A stretch of 64,000 bases of DNA from Rotaria socialis (GCA_905331295.1 CAJNYD010000132.1:1-64000); one strand, 5' to 3'. Shown: positions 12,550-26,908, numbered from the stretch's first letter. Notes: a model not told the origin generated them from the letters alone. A program made the numbers and translations.

Positions 12550-15500
12550 ATGGCTAGCAGCAATCATCGAACAACTTTGTCTCCAAGTGAACGACAACGA
12601 ACTAAAAGTCAATCATCTTATCGATCACAGCGAACAACACCAAATTCTATCATACACGAACAAGATGCTCAACGAGAAAAATCATCTTCACAAATATCAC
12701 GGCAAAGTACTCGAGAAACAAATCCAGCAAAACGTTCAGAAAGTTCGACAAGTAATCGATCAACTAACATTGCATCTCCTTTATCGAATGCGTCAAGAAA
12801 ACAAAGATCGAGTTCAAAATCAGCAAAATCACCAACAAATAATCGTAAATCACCGTTGAAAAGAAAAAAGAGACCAATTAGTGTAGTAAGCTTCGAAAGA
12901 GGACCATTATCAGAACCAAATGATTCTGAAAAACAAGATTTAAGTTCCCAAGGTCTTTCTATGGTGCCAGCAGAAATCTTTGAACGTAAGCTTATTAATA
13001 TGTTTAACTATATGACTATGCTGCCTATATTATTTTCTTCTAATTAGTTTCTACTCTACGTCGATTAATACTATCAAATAATAATCTATCAGGTTTACCA
13101 CCATCGATAAGTTCATTGGTTAATCTTGAATATCTTGACATATCACATAATCCATTACTTGTTAACAATGGTCACAATGATTATTCATGTTTTCCACGTG
13201 CATTAGAAAATTTAAAAAAACTTCAAGCATTAATTTTAGCTGAATGCGGATTGAAATATATTCCAGTTGCTGTTTGGAATGCAGTTAGCCTTCAAACACT
13301 TGACTTAAGTCGAAATAAAGTTGGTTATATTGTTGGTGATATAGGTAAATTAAATGTTTCGAAAATATTTTTCACAAAAATATAATAAAAGTATAAATAT
13401 TTCAAACTCTAATTTTGCTAAAATTGTTTTCGAAATCTTAAAACTTCTCGAATATACAAATGTCTATACAAAAACAAAAAAATGTGTATTATTTTCTCCG
13501 TTTTTGTTTTTATTAACAGGTAATTTGATTGACATTCGACATTTTCGTTTATCCTATATGAATCTTGATACGCTTCCACCTGAAATTGGTTTTTGTGATA
13601 AAATGGAAACACTTGATTTAACAGGAAATCCAATTGATAATTTACCTGAGACCTTAGTTGAATGTCGGCAATTATATGAAGTAAAAATAAATTTCAAAAC
13701 TTTCTATAAATTACTCGACAGTTATATGTTACAATTAATTAATGAAGGAAAAATTCGTTCGGAACATATACCACAAGTTATATTTGAACTGGAAAATTTA
13801 CGTGTATTGGATTTAACAAATACAAAAATTAATTCTATTACAAATGAACATTTACTATTAAATCTTACAGAATTGTATGTAACGAATAATTCATTTTTCG
13901 ATATACCTGAATCAATATGTACAATAGAAAAATTAAAAATACTTGATATGTCATATAATCGTATTCAAATTATACCAGAACATTTGGCTAGTATGCAAGA
14001 ATTGGAAATAGTGAATATCTCCTATAATAAATTAACTATAGTTTCTAAGATTTTTGCTCGTTTCCGAGCACTAAAAAATTTAACTCTTAGTCATAATCAA
14101 ATCGATATGATAGAAGAGAATTTTTCAAAAACTAAATCTTTATTATTACTCGATTTATCTTATAATAAGCTCGATCATCTACCTGATGAATTATGTGAAC
14201 TCGAACAATTAGAAACACTTGATTTACGATACAATAAACTTGAATATCTGCCATCAAATATTCGTCGTATGATTGGATTTAAATCAATGAATACATTTAG
14301 TTATGGAATGCAACGTAGTGGACTTCATCTCTTAGGTAATTCAATTACTAATCCACCAAGTTATATATGGAAATCCACAAATATACAAACATTATTTAAT
14401 TATATTGATTCTAAGGAAAAAAAATTGATAAATAATTTTTATCATCTAAAATTAATTCTAATTGGACCGAAAAATGTTGGCAAAACAAGATTAGCCATAA
14501 AACTTGTTAATAATCGGAAAAAAATGTCAAATACACGAACACCTATTGATATGTATGTTTCAATAATTCAACAAAGACCATCAAACAACAGTCAACCACA
14601 ACAAAAAACAACAAGTGATGGAACATCCTCGATATCTATCGATCAATGGATTGAAAACCGTATATCAACCAGTAACGATCATCGTTATAGTCGACAATTA
14701 AAAACTAAACGATTACATCCACCCCCACTTAAAACTTACCAATCGATGGAAACAAAAAGGTTGCTTGTATATAAATCAACACTGGTGACAAATAATAATT
14801 TTTATTTTACAATAATTGATATAGCAAGTGAACCGAGTTTTGAAATACTTTATCCATTAGTATTTGATTCAAATGCTCTCTATATATTACCAGTTAATTT
14901 AACTACACTTTTAAATAATTCTGAAACTACCACTAGTTTAGAAAATCCAAATGAGTAAATATAAATGTATATAATAAATTTATACTAATAAAACTTCTAT
15001 TCTATTTTAAGATATAACGATGAATCAGTAACCATTAATTTTGATCAATTATTGACAAATGATTGGTTATATAATCATATATTTCATTATCTAGAATTAA
15101 TATCTGATCATTGTCAACAAGTATCCATTGCTATCGTTGGTTTAATTGATAGTACATCGACAGCAACGAATGATCAACAACAACAATTACTTGATGAAAT
15201 ACGATCAAAAGTAAATACATTTTTACTCAATCAAGGAGATCAACGAGAAAACATTAATCTTTGTTCGGATAATTTTATGGAACCAATTCAAATAAATGAC
15301 GATGGAATAGAATCATCATTGATCGAGCAATTGGAAGCAGTTGCTCTACAATGGAATATTGTGCATCACAAACAAAAACAAGAAGTTATTAAACAACTTT
15401 TTACTTTTCTTAAACCTGATGCTTTAATTATTAATTATGATACATGTTTAAACCATTTCGAACAACACAAAGAAAACTTGTTAACTTTATCAGACGACGG

Positions 15501-16643
15501 CAATGATGATGATGATGATGATGATGATAAAATCGAAAAAAATAAAGAACTTAATGAAGAAATAAATTCAATGTCTTTCGATGAATGCTTGGATTATTTA
15601 AAATTAATTGGAGAAATTTTTTATTTTGGCCAAAAATCGCACATGAGAATTCTTTTAAAACCTTATCATCTATTAAATGAAATACTATCTAGTACTTTAT
15701 TTCGTCCGAATATTGATCAATGGTTAAATTATGATAATAATATGGTATTTCGTTTTTCTGGGTATTATCCATCGCAAAACTTATTTGATATTGATCGACA
15801 ACGTTTATTAACACGTGGTGAATTTTCATGGAACATGTTGAATGTTTTATTTTTCGAGCAAAATACTAATAATATCGGTTTAATTGAACAAAATATATTT
15901 GATTATTGTTATTTAATGGAACGATTATATCTTGGTTATTTAAATCAAGCAAATCTAAGTCGTAAGAATAAATGAAGTCATTTATATTCATAATGTTGTT
16001 TTTTCTTTCTTTTTTCTTTCTTCTTCTTGATCGTGAATTTACAACGAGCTGTTTTGTTTGTCCATGGTTAATGAATGAAAATTGTTCGACTATTGACTAT
16101 ATTGGTTATTTTAAAACATTAGAAGTAGAACGTAAATATGAATATCTTCAACGCGAACGAGTAAGACGTATAAAACAGCAACAATTATGGTTTCAAATGG
16201 ATAATAAAGAAAATATTCAAAATGAAAATTCATCTCAAATGAATCCAATAAGTTTGCTTCAAAAAGAATTCCAGCAAAATATTTCCATTGCAATACCAGA
16301 TTTACCAGCCATGGATCAAATTCAAATATTGGATTCACAAGTAATCAATCAAGATCCTATTCGAGTAATAAAAATTTTTAATGAAAATTCAAATACTTTA
16401 CCAAATGGACTATATGAACGTTTGCTAATTTGTTTGCATCCTCTGTTTCATGAACGACTCGATTATTATAATGTAACGTTGGGACGAACTATAGATAAAA
16501 ATTTGATTAAAACTGAACGATTCGACAAAGAAAATCAGATCTATCTTACGATCAGTAATGGTTTACTTGAACGTATAAAAAATATTCTCATTCAAAACCT
16601 TTTCTCATACTATTCTACTAAACAACTCCGAATAGAAACATGA
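12550..16643 (+). CDS. LRR-Roc-COR (ROCO) protein, MFHAS1/MASL1-like
   Basis: Exons 12550-12985, 13048-13344, 13520-14954, 15012-15961, ~16030-16643. Many LxxLxLxxNxL repeats; P-loop LKLILIGPKNVGKT; IIDIASEPSFEILYPLVFDSNALYILPVNL resembles the MFHAS1 Roc G3 region; COR-like LPNGLYERL. No kinase domain seen. Confidence 0.8.
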
Positions 16644-16914
16644 AAATAAACAAAACGTGACTTTCATTCTTTTTTTTATTAAATTTGTTTTTGATTTGTA
16701 TGTAAAAATAAAACAAAAACAAAAACAACAATAAACAAAAATATTTGCTGAATGAACAAGACAAACAAAACATAATTTTTAAATAAGTAGCAATATTATA
16801 AACAAACGAAATCAATGGTTAAGTCCTATAGACATCTATATATATATATACATATAATGAATGCATACATTTATTGACTTTTAATATTAAAATAGAAGAA
16901 AAATACATGACTAA

Positions 16915-17587
16915 TCAATCACTAGAAGGTGATGAAGTTGTCGGAACATTATTCTTTTTATCTGTTGTAGATTTTCCTTTATAATTTTCTTCACTATCAT
17001 CATCTTCCAGTAGCTGTTGATCAATATATTCCCGTACTCGTCGTTCATAATCTCGACGATGATTTTGATAGAGCGTAGCTGCTTCAGAATTAGCTGGTGA
17101 TGCTGGATTAGGATCGGTTAACAATGAACGAATAGAAACAAGTAATGTTGACACATCTAAACTAGCACTCCAACGATGTTGTAATATATCAAGACAAATC
17201 GATCCATCCATATCTATTATAAATCAATACATATGCATATATATATATATATATATATGTACATAGAAATGTTTATTTTGTTGATGAAATCTTACAAATA
17301 TTTGGATGAAAGATTTTTGTAATAAATTTAACTTCAGGTGCACAATTTGGATAATCTTGCGGAAACTTCAGTGATAAAGCAAAACTTCCATCTTCAAAAA
17401 TACTATCTTCTGGTCCATCTAATATCGCGTTCCAATAGAATATATTATCTGAACTAATGGGTGCTGCATTTATTCCTTCAACTGGATGCTGTGTTAAATC
17501 ACGTAAATCACGCATAAGACGACGTTGAGCTGTAATTGTCGATGTTGTTGCCGCTGGTAAATTCGATGATGAATCTGGTGAACTCAT
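16915..17587 (-). CDS. UBE2A: Ubiquitin-conjugating enzyme E2, RAD6/UBE2A-B family
   Basis: Exons 17587-17296 and 17213-16915 (82-nt intron); [29 protein letters not shown] (active-site Cys), [13 protein letters not shown]. Confidence 0.9.
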
Positions 17588-19900
17588 AGTTTTTCAGTGA
17601 AAATAAAACGATTTGGTAAAAAAATAATCTCTAGAAAAAAGACGATAGACATAGCAGTATTTAATCAATAATCGTACATTAAAAGATTCGCAAAGAAACG
17701 AATTACGTATCAATGAACTGGCGCAAAAGAAAAAAAAATATTATATTTTGTATAATTTTGTGGCCATTTTACATGAGAGTTGCGAAGTTTTTAAGTGCAC
17801 TGGAAATTTACATATAAATAGTATAGTGATTGGCACAGCATCTAGAAATATTTGGTGTAAAAAAAAAACATGTGTATTTTCAATGACCAATCCATGAATA
17901 AAGATGGCGTTTGAGTTGAAACTTTTTTATTTTCATAGATAGTAAAGAACCAATAAGAAAGAGGGAATAATTGAGAGTGATAAATCAAAATAGCAGAAGT
18001 AAGACTGACTAACAGCATTGAATAAGAATAAATAAATTTATTTATATACTTGTAGTGTTATAAGAAAAAGAACTGGAACACTCGAGAAGATTTTTCTAAA
18101 ATTTATTTTTCAACCAAGAAAAAGTCTGTTGGTATTTCGGGAAACAAACAAAGACAAACTATTTTGAATGAACTGATAACCTTTTGTCAAAAATAGTTGA
18201 TGCCATCTTTAGAAAAATTGTAAGAAAGATTGTTTAATCTCTTTTCTTTAAGAGATTAGAGATTTTTTAGATATGATTATTTTTTATTTTTTAAATATCG
18301 GTGGTAGAATTCTGAGAAAATGAATCGAAGATAAAAATTTCTTTAATGATGATAACTAATAATTTATTTTCAGCATTTAAGAATCATAAGAGAATAGTTC
18401 TGACGTCTTCTCATACAAGTTCATCGTCGATACGAATCTTTTCAAGAGATACCTAATAATGGGATATTTACTATTTGATTACTTACAATATGAATAATTT
18501 TGCAACTAAATTTTAATAGAAACTTTTCTCTCATCAATCAAAATCAAAATATGAATTACTCATGTAGACAAAATCGGTAGCCACAATCATTGAAAATGTA
18601 GAAATCGTATATTTTAACGTCTTAAAATAATCAATCGAATTGTTCATTCTTAAAAAATCGTCACACGTGATAATCAATAAAAGAATGGAATTTTAGTATC
18701 TTACTTTCATGAAGTATTTCGCTCCATTTTTACGATGTTGAATATTCTTACACGAAATTATAATGTTAGAATGCATGCTTCTCATTAGTAGCGGACTGAT
18801 TGACAGTGTAAACACATGGTTAAACATTCAAATTTTTAAATTAGATAACGTATTTGAAGCATAAGTAAAAATTCCAAATCTGAAAATTCTGTGAAAGATG
18901 TTTTCTGTGAATTTACATAAACTTACAAGGTGAAAGTTATTGTTTTATTGATATGATTTTTCTAGTTTTAATTACGAAAAAACTGGTAAAACTAAGCAAC
19001 CTCTTTCGAAATTTCATAGTATAGACTTTGACTAACAAACATATTGGATACAATTCTTTAATTTCAAAATGTATCAATATTTTGATAACGATAAAGATAT
19101 GTTTTCGTCTTTTAGGCATGCAGAAAGACGACTCAGGTGATAGGTTTTTTGGTCACGGTTACATTTCCTACTGTTCATCCATACTTATGTAAAACTTTCC
19201 GAGAGGAACAAATCGATAAGTATTTAGTGAAGGATTATGCGGCGCGAAAAATTCTATTTCTCATATCGCAGATAAAAGAGTCTGGCAATCGTAATCAGTG
19301 TTATAAATTATCCAACAAATTAATCATCAGTACCAATACCAATGATGATTGCAATAGAAAGTAGTTCATTCTGAAGTTATTGAAACATAGATTTATCAAT
19401 TGAAATAAAGAAAATCTAATGAAAGTTTTACAAAATATTTATTTATTGTCAGTCGCTGTGAAAATTTGTCTGAGATAAAATTTCAGTGTTCCTCATTACT
19501 GAATTGAATTACATTGCATCCTGTCATAACACATTTAGGAGGTACGATAGATAATGCTACTGCTTTTTTGCTAGGTATTATATATTAGCTTCCAGGTCTT
19601 ATACGAGCACTTCGAGTGCTGTTTTCGTGCACTTGGATCTTATTTTCGGGCGACATCTGATTGTTTATTTTTCAAACTAAAAATTAGTCGTTCTTTAATG
19701 TTTATTGTAAATGCAACCGTAAGTTCATGATTCATTCATTCGTACGTATATGCAACGCATACGATTGATCCCAAGCACTGTAACGAATCTGATTGGTTAG
19801 AAGTTCTCGATATACTGATCGTATTCGAATACACAAAATACCCGAATTCAATTTCAATATCAAGAATTTTGAATGATTTTGTCTCGGTTTTTTTTTGTAG

Positions 19901-22900
19901 ATGACATCAACTATTCTTGCTATTGTTGAATATGGTGCTCAAAAGCAACGAATGTCACTTGATCCTCATAGTTCATATCAGGATATATGCAATCAAATTT
20001 ATTCACTTTTTAAGCTTGATCCTATCAATTCAAAGTATAGTCTTCAACGACAAGATTCTCTTAAATTCGGATCATTTATTAATATTGATGAACGAACATT
20101 TCAAAACGAATTGAAACAGTATGCTATAAAGAATAAGCAAAATCCTGTTTTACGCCTTCGACTTACACCAGCTATTTCGAAAAATACGGTGAATAAAACA
20201 AGAATACGCAATTTATTTCATATAAAAATTAACTTTTATGTTTTTAAACATGTAGTCAAAGCCAGTAAATGGAGTTCTCAACGGTGAAAAAGCCTGGTCA
20301 ACATCATCATCACAATGCCAACATGATGAAAGTGATCGTGCTAGTACTAATTCAGCGGCAACAATTGATATTAAACAATTGATTAGAAAATGTTTAACAA
20401 ATTTGAAAGGTAAAAAAGTGATGCGATACTTTTTTAGTTTAAAACCATGGTGAACTCGATGTATACAGATAGAAGTATAGTGAATACAGTTTTTAGGCCA
20501 TTCTATCCTAGCAATCATAATGCACTAACAGAACTATGACCTCTGCCAACAACGAGAGAGCATTAAAAAAAGATGAAATATTATTTTTGATTTTACTTAT
20601 TCTTAAGATTGGAGACAACATATCAAAGTTACCGCATTGATTGTAAGATTCTTTGGATAGCTTGTCATTGTTTCAGTTTCTTTTTAAAAATCGTCAAACG
20701 ATTGAATATAAACCATTGGTTTTAATTAATAGAAACGACAGAAAATATTCAACTACTTGATCGTTATTTTCATCCAGTAAGGTTACTGCTAGTTTTATTT
20801 TAATATTATGATTATTCGTCTATCTGTTATCTAGGAAGATTACATTGATGATGAGTGCCAATTAACAAATAAGTCATCCACAAACATACAACAAGCAGCA
20901 TTACCAGTAAATACTTCGATGAATCGCGAAATATTACAAGCAGCATCTATATCTGAATCTCGTATAACGACATCCAACATTATCGATGAACTTATACCTG
21001 GTCTTAATCATTTGATGAGTACACAACAAACATTATTATCAGCATCATCATTAATTACTACTGATAAACCTGTTGAATCATCGCCAATACCTCCACAAAC
21101 AACAGTCAACTATCACACACAAGCACCAGTTAATAACCAAATACTAACATCAGTACCAAATAGTACAAATGTACAAACACGTTCTTCAAATAAGTCTTTT
21201 AGCAATCGACTCGGTGTGATGATTCAACCGAATCAAACACAAAATTCAGTTGTTCAAGAACCAAAATCAGTATCGCCATGCCATCAATATATACCACAAA
21301 AAACGAAATCCCCATGCATTGTCAAACAATCGATAGTTATGTCGCATGAAAAACATCAAAATGAAATATCTTCCCATACGATCGTTCCACCACCACCACC
21401 ATCACCACCACCACAGCCACCAAAACTCAAATGTAAATTTCTTTATATTGATATTTATATTTTACTTTGTATTAATTTGAAAAGATAAAATTGAATTAAA
21501 GCAATATGAATTTGGTGCGGCTCTTGAAGGCATCGTGTCGGTTGCATCAAATGCTTCTTATTTCTTTTTACAATTGATCGATGAAAGGAAAGATGAATTC
21601 GATCATTTATCAAAAAGTTTACAGTATGTCACTAACATTTTCTTCCTCTCTCTCTCTCTCTATTATATATGTATATTTATCTATTCTTTTTTTTTATAAT
21701 CAATAGCGAATACTATTCCAATCTTGATAAAAATTCTAATTATCGTCCATCGCCTGGTGATTATTGTGTTGCTATGTACACTGAAGATGCCCGATGGTAT
21801 CGAGCTCGTATAATACGTTATATTTCAGGTTTGTTGTTTTATTTAATTTCTTATTTCGATAAAAAATGTCTATGATTATATTTAGATCAAACATGTGAAG
21901 TATTCTATGTTGACTATGGTAATATGGAAGAATTACCGATTGAGTTTTTGCATGAAATTTTACCTGATTTTGTTCGACTACCTGCACGTTCTATTGCATG
22001 TACCATTACGGAAGTAAAGGAAAATAATGTCAAATATGATGAAAAATAAAAGTTTGGTTATCTTCTTTAAAATTAGATATTACCACCGATTGGCCAAGAA
22101 GGTTGGACAAAACGTGCGACATTTGCATTTGCTTCACGTTGTAGTAATGAACGTGTTCAAGCAACAGTTGTGGAGTCAACAAATATGAAATGGCCAATGC
22201 ATTTAGTTCAACTTCGAGTATCCAAAACACAAGAGGTACGCGTAAAGAAAAATATTTTCAACTTGATGTTTCTTTTTTGTTTTTGATAACATGCTTTTGA
22301 TAACTGCCGCAGAAAATTTTCATGAATAGATAAAACAGAATATTTTGTAAATTGGATTAACTTGCTGTAGCGTTTCTTTTATGAAAAGAAACACTCTAGA
22401 TAGCTAAGGTTACGTATTTCTCGCATCACACGAAATTCTAATGAATTAAAGATATCCGAAAAAGATTTCCTATACTTAGTTTTTCGATCCAAAAATATTG
22501 GATTTTTCACGGTAAGCTATTACTGAATACTATGAGTCCTTCTTCTAACGAACACTAGGCTCAACGTTTTTCGAATTTCAAGTTCAAATCTAACAAAAAG
22601 AGATTTGATTTAATAGCAATATAACTTGATATAAATACTCTAAATCTTTTGATTTGCTTTTCTTCACGAATACTTGCATCTTAACATAGGAACATGCATA
22701 AGCTCTAAAAATATGAACGAGTTCTTGTTTTGCTGTATTGAGAAATCATTTAGATCTATATAATACAAATACCATTGGCTGTTATTTAATCAAGCAAGTA
22801 GAGAACTGCGGTAATTATAATGTATTTCTGCTTTGATAGGATATTGGAACATCACTTGAAACTTGTAAACTAGCTCGACATGTATCGAACCATGAAATAT

Positions 22901-25043
22901 GCGATTTTTGGTCGAATAAAATTCGTCTCGAACAATACATATTATACAATTTACCAGAACCAAATCCAGATCGATTTCCATTCATTGAGCAAGGTACATC
23001 TTCTTATTTCCATTATATGACTACTAATCCAAGTAATTTTTCATCATCAACTATTATTAATATCTTCGATGAAAAATTCCATAGCAATATTGATAAAGTT
23101 AGCAAAGATTTGGCATTTGTACATCGAAATTGAATTCTATATATGTTCTTTTTTTTTGTTTCTTATTTACTATTAGTCCTATATTGTTGCAGCCAAATCG
23201 TGCATTCTTCTTTTTCTCTTTCTCTCTCTCTCTATATATAGTATGTTGCTGAATCAGATATTTTTTTATTTTCTCTTCCTTATTGTCAAACTAACTTTAC
23301 ATATCAGTCAACCCTATGAAGGCTATTGTTTCTGTTTCTTTTTTGTTTATTTTTTTTGTTTGTTCATATATAGTATAAACACTTGTATTGATTTGAGATT
23401 TAGTCTAGAGAACAGATAAAAAGTCAAATGAAGCAAAAATAAACAAGAAATAATGAATATTCTATCAAATTTTATGTAAGACAAAGAGAAAAAAATTAAA
23501 GATATGCAAGATCAACATGGCAATCAATTTATTCCTCTAATTATGTTCATTTTAACATTCTTTTTTTTATTTGTTTTGATTTTAATAGAAAAACATATTT
23601 GAAATCAATGTATTGTCTTTCTGTTGTTTTCTTTTTTATTTTAGTACCTGTAAAAAATGAAAAAGAACAACATCCAAATCCATTTCTATCATCATCACTT
23701 CAACGAACTCCATCTACTGATCGTTCAACAAAAGAAGAAACAACGCCTGCTTTAGAAGAAGTAAAACCGTTACAAGAAAATAATAATCAAACAACGTCTA
23801 GTATTATATCAAATAATGAACCTAACGAAATTGAATTGAATAAACAATCAACACTCGATGTTTCCCAAGAAAAGAAAGAAGAACATGAACAATTCGATGG
23901 TACGACGACTCCATCGTCTAGTCTTAATCCAGATGCAACTCCTTTCGTGATTTTTTCGACATCAAAAACCGATACTAATCAATCGACATCTACCGGAAAT
24001 GAAAGTGATGATGAAATCGATTCAAATGAAACTCCGGCTATGAGTGGTAAATGGCAAAAATAAACGCAATTGAGTGAATCTATTTCTATTTTAAAGATTC
24101 ATCTGAACGTCCACGCATGCCAATTAAAGAAGAAGTTATTGTCGATACAAATCTAACACCATCAACACCTCTACTTAAATCTTGGTTACCAATAGAAGTA
24201 ACACATATTGAAACGCCGACACGTTTCTATATTCGTTATATATATGGTCCTAGCTGGAATTTAGGCAATGGATCCACACGTAAGCCATAACTCATCCTAT
24301 GATATTTATCTTTAATTTTTGCTTTTGTAGCTGAATTAACTAATAAGAAGGAAGAGCCAGAAAAAAATGTTGTATTAAAAGAATTAACACAGGAAATGAC
24401 GTATATGCAATCCACTTTTTTTCTCTCCTACAATAAACTAATTCATTGATTTTGTTTAGGCTATGTTATAGCAAACATAAACGCATCTGTCCAGGCGATA
24501 GCTATGACGAAGGTGAATTAGTTGCTGTTAAATTTCGTTCACAATGGCACCGTGGACGTTTTATACAATATAAACCTAATATTGATTTTGCCCATGTAAG
24601 TAGAAATCTTTTCTTTTCGATCTTCTGATAAATACTAATCAAATCTTTTCAAAGATATTCTTTGTTGATTATGGTTATACACGTTCAGTACCTATTTCAA
24701 TGATTCGACCAATTAATAATCGTTTTGTGGTACAATATAATATAACTATTCATATAATTTCTATTCTATTCTGTTTCTACTGTAGTTACATGCTGAACAA
24801 GCTCATTTAGTTCATTTACATCAACCTGATCAACGGCGAGGTCGAAAAGAATGGGATACAAAAGTTATTGAAGAATTTCAAGAAATGACTAAAGATGGTA
24901 CAAATTTATATTCAAGGATTGTCAGTGAAGCAAATACTATTGAACTCATGTCTTATGATCCATTAACAAAAAAATGGTTTTCATTTTATGAACATTTTGT
25001 CAAGCATCTAAATCATTGTGATAACATAGAACTGAGCAGCTGA
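19901..25043 (+). CDS. Multi-exon protein with two extended Tudor domains, N-terminal beta-grasp/PB1-like region and PAM2-like motif
   Basis: Spliced reading gives PGDYCVAMYTEDARWYRARIIRYISDQTCEVFYVDYGN (Tudor 1, ~21750-21925) and EGELVAVKFRSQWHRGRF...IFFVDYGYTRSV (Tudor 2, ~24510-24690); stop TGA 25041-25043. Confidence 0.8.
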
Positions 25044-25876
25044 ATAGATTTGCCGTTGGTGTTGTTATGTATTAAATGAGTGTTTCGATTGTTCTGTTTC
25101 TGTGATGCTGCATTTTCCTTTGTACATAGAAAGACTTTTGTTAGATTTGTTGAGGACTATCTGAACCACAAACTTTGTTGTTTTATCTCAATTGAAATTT
25201 GTTTCGTAGAAAAATGATATTGTCTATTCATCCAGAGACGTCTAAAAATAGATATCTGCTAACATCGAATATATCAATTTAAGATAATGGAATCTCAATT
25301 AGCTAGACAAAAATTGAAAATATAGAGTAAAGGAAATGTTTTACATAAAAATCAAACAAAGAGAAAAGTAACAATATTGTATTTGTAAAATAAAGATGCA
25401 TTCTATGTAATACAACGGTACGAATGACTTATTCACATTTGAATTTTCTTGTTTCAATTTCTAATATGTACATACAGATATATCTACTATGATACTTTAC
25501 TACAGATAGCAATCAAACACGATAAGCTTTCTAACATTTGAAGATCTTTTAAGCCATAAGCATAATGCAAGTGTTGCAGAAGTTAAATAAAGCTTGATAT
25601 TAAAATGAATAATGGTCAATGATTGAAAGAGTCTCTTTTAATGACTTCTCATAAGTGGTTGAATTTAAAATGTAGTTTTAGACCATTCTCGCTTCTCGTT
25701 TATCATTATAAAAATAAAAAAAGTGAGACTATTACATCTCTTTACAATGGTTTAATAAAAAAAAACAAAGAAGTCTTTTTTTCAGTTGACGAATGCTATT
25801 TACTCAACTTGTTGCTGATCAGAGACGGAAGGGTGAAGGCTTGATGTTGAGAGCCATTGCACTCTAAACCATTCGA

Positions 25877-26599
25877 TCATTGTCGTCCTTGGCGAAATTG
25901 ACCACCACCACGGCCACCGCCACGTGAACCTTGATGTCCACCACGGCCTCCTCCACCACCGCCGCCGCCGCCACCACCACTACCTTTATAGTTATTACGA
26001 TTGTCACCGCCTCCGCCAGATCGGCCACCATACCCTAATAGAATAGAAACGATCAAAACAACTATCCTTGAGAAAATATTTTATTTTACCTCCACGTCCA
26101 CCATCACCACGACCACGAAATGGTCTACGTGATGATTGTCCTGAACGTGATGGTTTTTCATTGACATCTTCTTTGACAAGGCCAAGAATATCTTCTGGTA
26201 AACGTAGATATTTAATGGTATTACCACGTATGTAGCATTCAGGAATTTTCCAAAATCTATCACCATCCTATAAAATTCAATTAATTAGATAAATGATTAA
26301 TTTTTCATGATAAAATAAATAATTTTTACTCGAGAAGTGCAAATAACATCACGTAAGTGAATATTCATAAAATTATCGCAACTCATTAAGTTCCCATTGT
26401 ATGTTTCACCATTTTTTAATTCCACCAACTAGGAACACATTAGAAATAATTAGAAATCTTTATTATTTCTACAAAATATTTACCATAGGGTGATAAACTG
26501 CAGTTCGCAGAAGTGTTAAAGGAAGCTATAAAAGAGAAAGACAAAAAAAAACATTATTTTCGTCGTGTCACAATGTTTCTATTTTTGATGACTCACCAT
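25877..26599 (-). CDS. LSM4: U6 snRNA-associated Sm-like protein LSm4
   Basis: Five exons: [74 protein letters not shown]...|RGG/G-rich tail. Not captured by the ORF track. Confidence 0.95.
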
Positions 26600-26908
26600 C
26601 TAAAATTAAAATAAGAAAAATATTCAATGTTATTATTGTATATAAGTAATAAATAGAATCAATTCGTATTTTACTTTAAATAGCGTAGCAAAAAAATCAA
26701 CAATAAATAACTCTACAAACGCTTTGGAACTTGTTTTTACATATTAACTTACATAAAATAGAAATTTTTCTAATAAATTCTTATTACACAATTCGAACGT
26801 AACAGCTATTTTCACTGTATAAAATCTATTCTTTCCTTTAATTTTTATTAGCGACATTTATAGATATGAATAATTGTTTTTTGGTTTCATATTATTAGTC
26901 AGATTTGA

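Noticed and set aside
15972..15975. ATGA stop/start overlap resembling bacterial translational coupling
   Set aside because: Lies inside an intron (GTAAGA donor at 15962, pyrimidine tract); both ORFs are parts of one COR region.
19575..19810. Small hairpin (agcacttcgagtgct) and gattgg motif upstream of the Tudor gene, suggestive of a MITE
   Set aside because: No second copy, TIR pair or TSD found in the window.
20608..20642. 35-nt AG/GTAAGA-flanked candidate exon in the Tudor gene
   Set aside because: Breaks frame; the flanking exons join in frame without it and nothing else supports it.
25877..26130. Functional link between the LSM4 RG tail and the adjacent Tudor gene
   Set aside because: Only adjacency (convergent genes); no evidence beyond coincidence.
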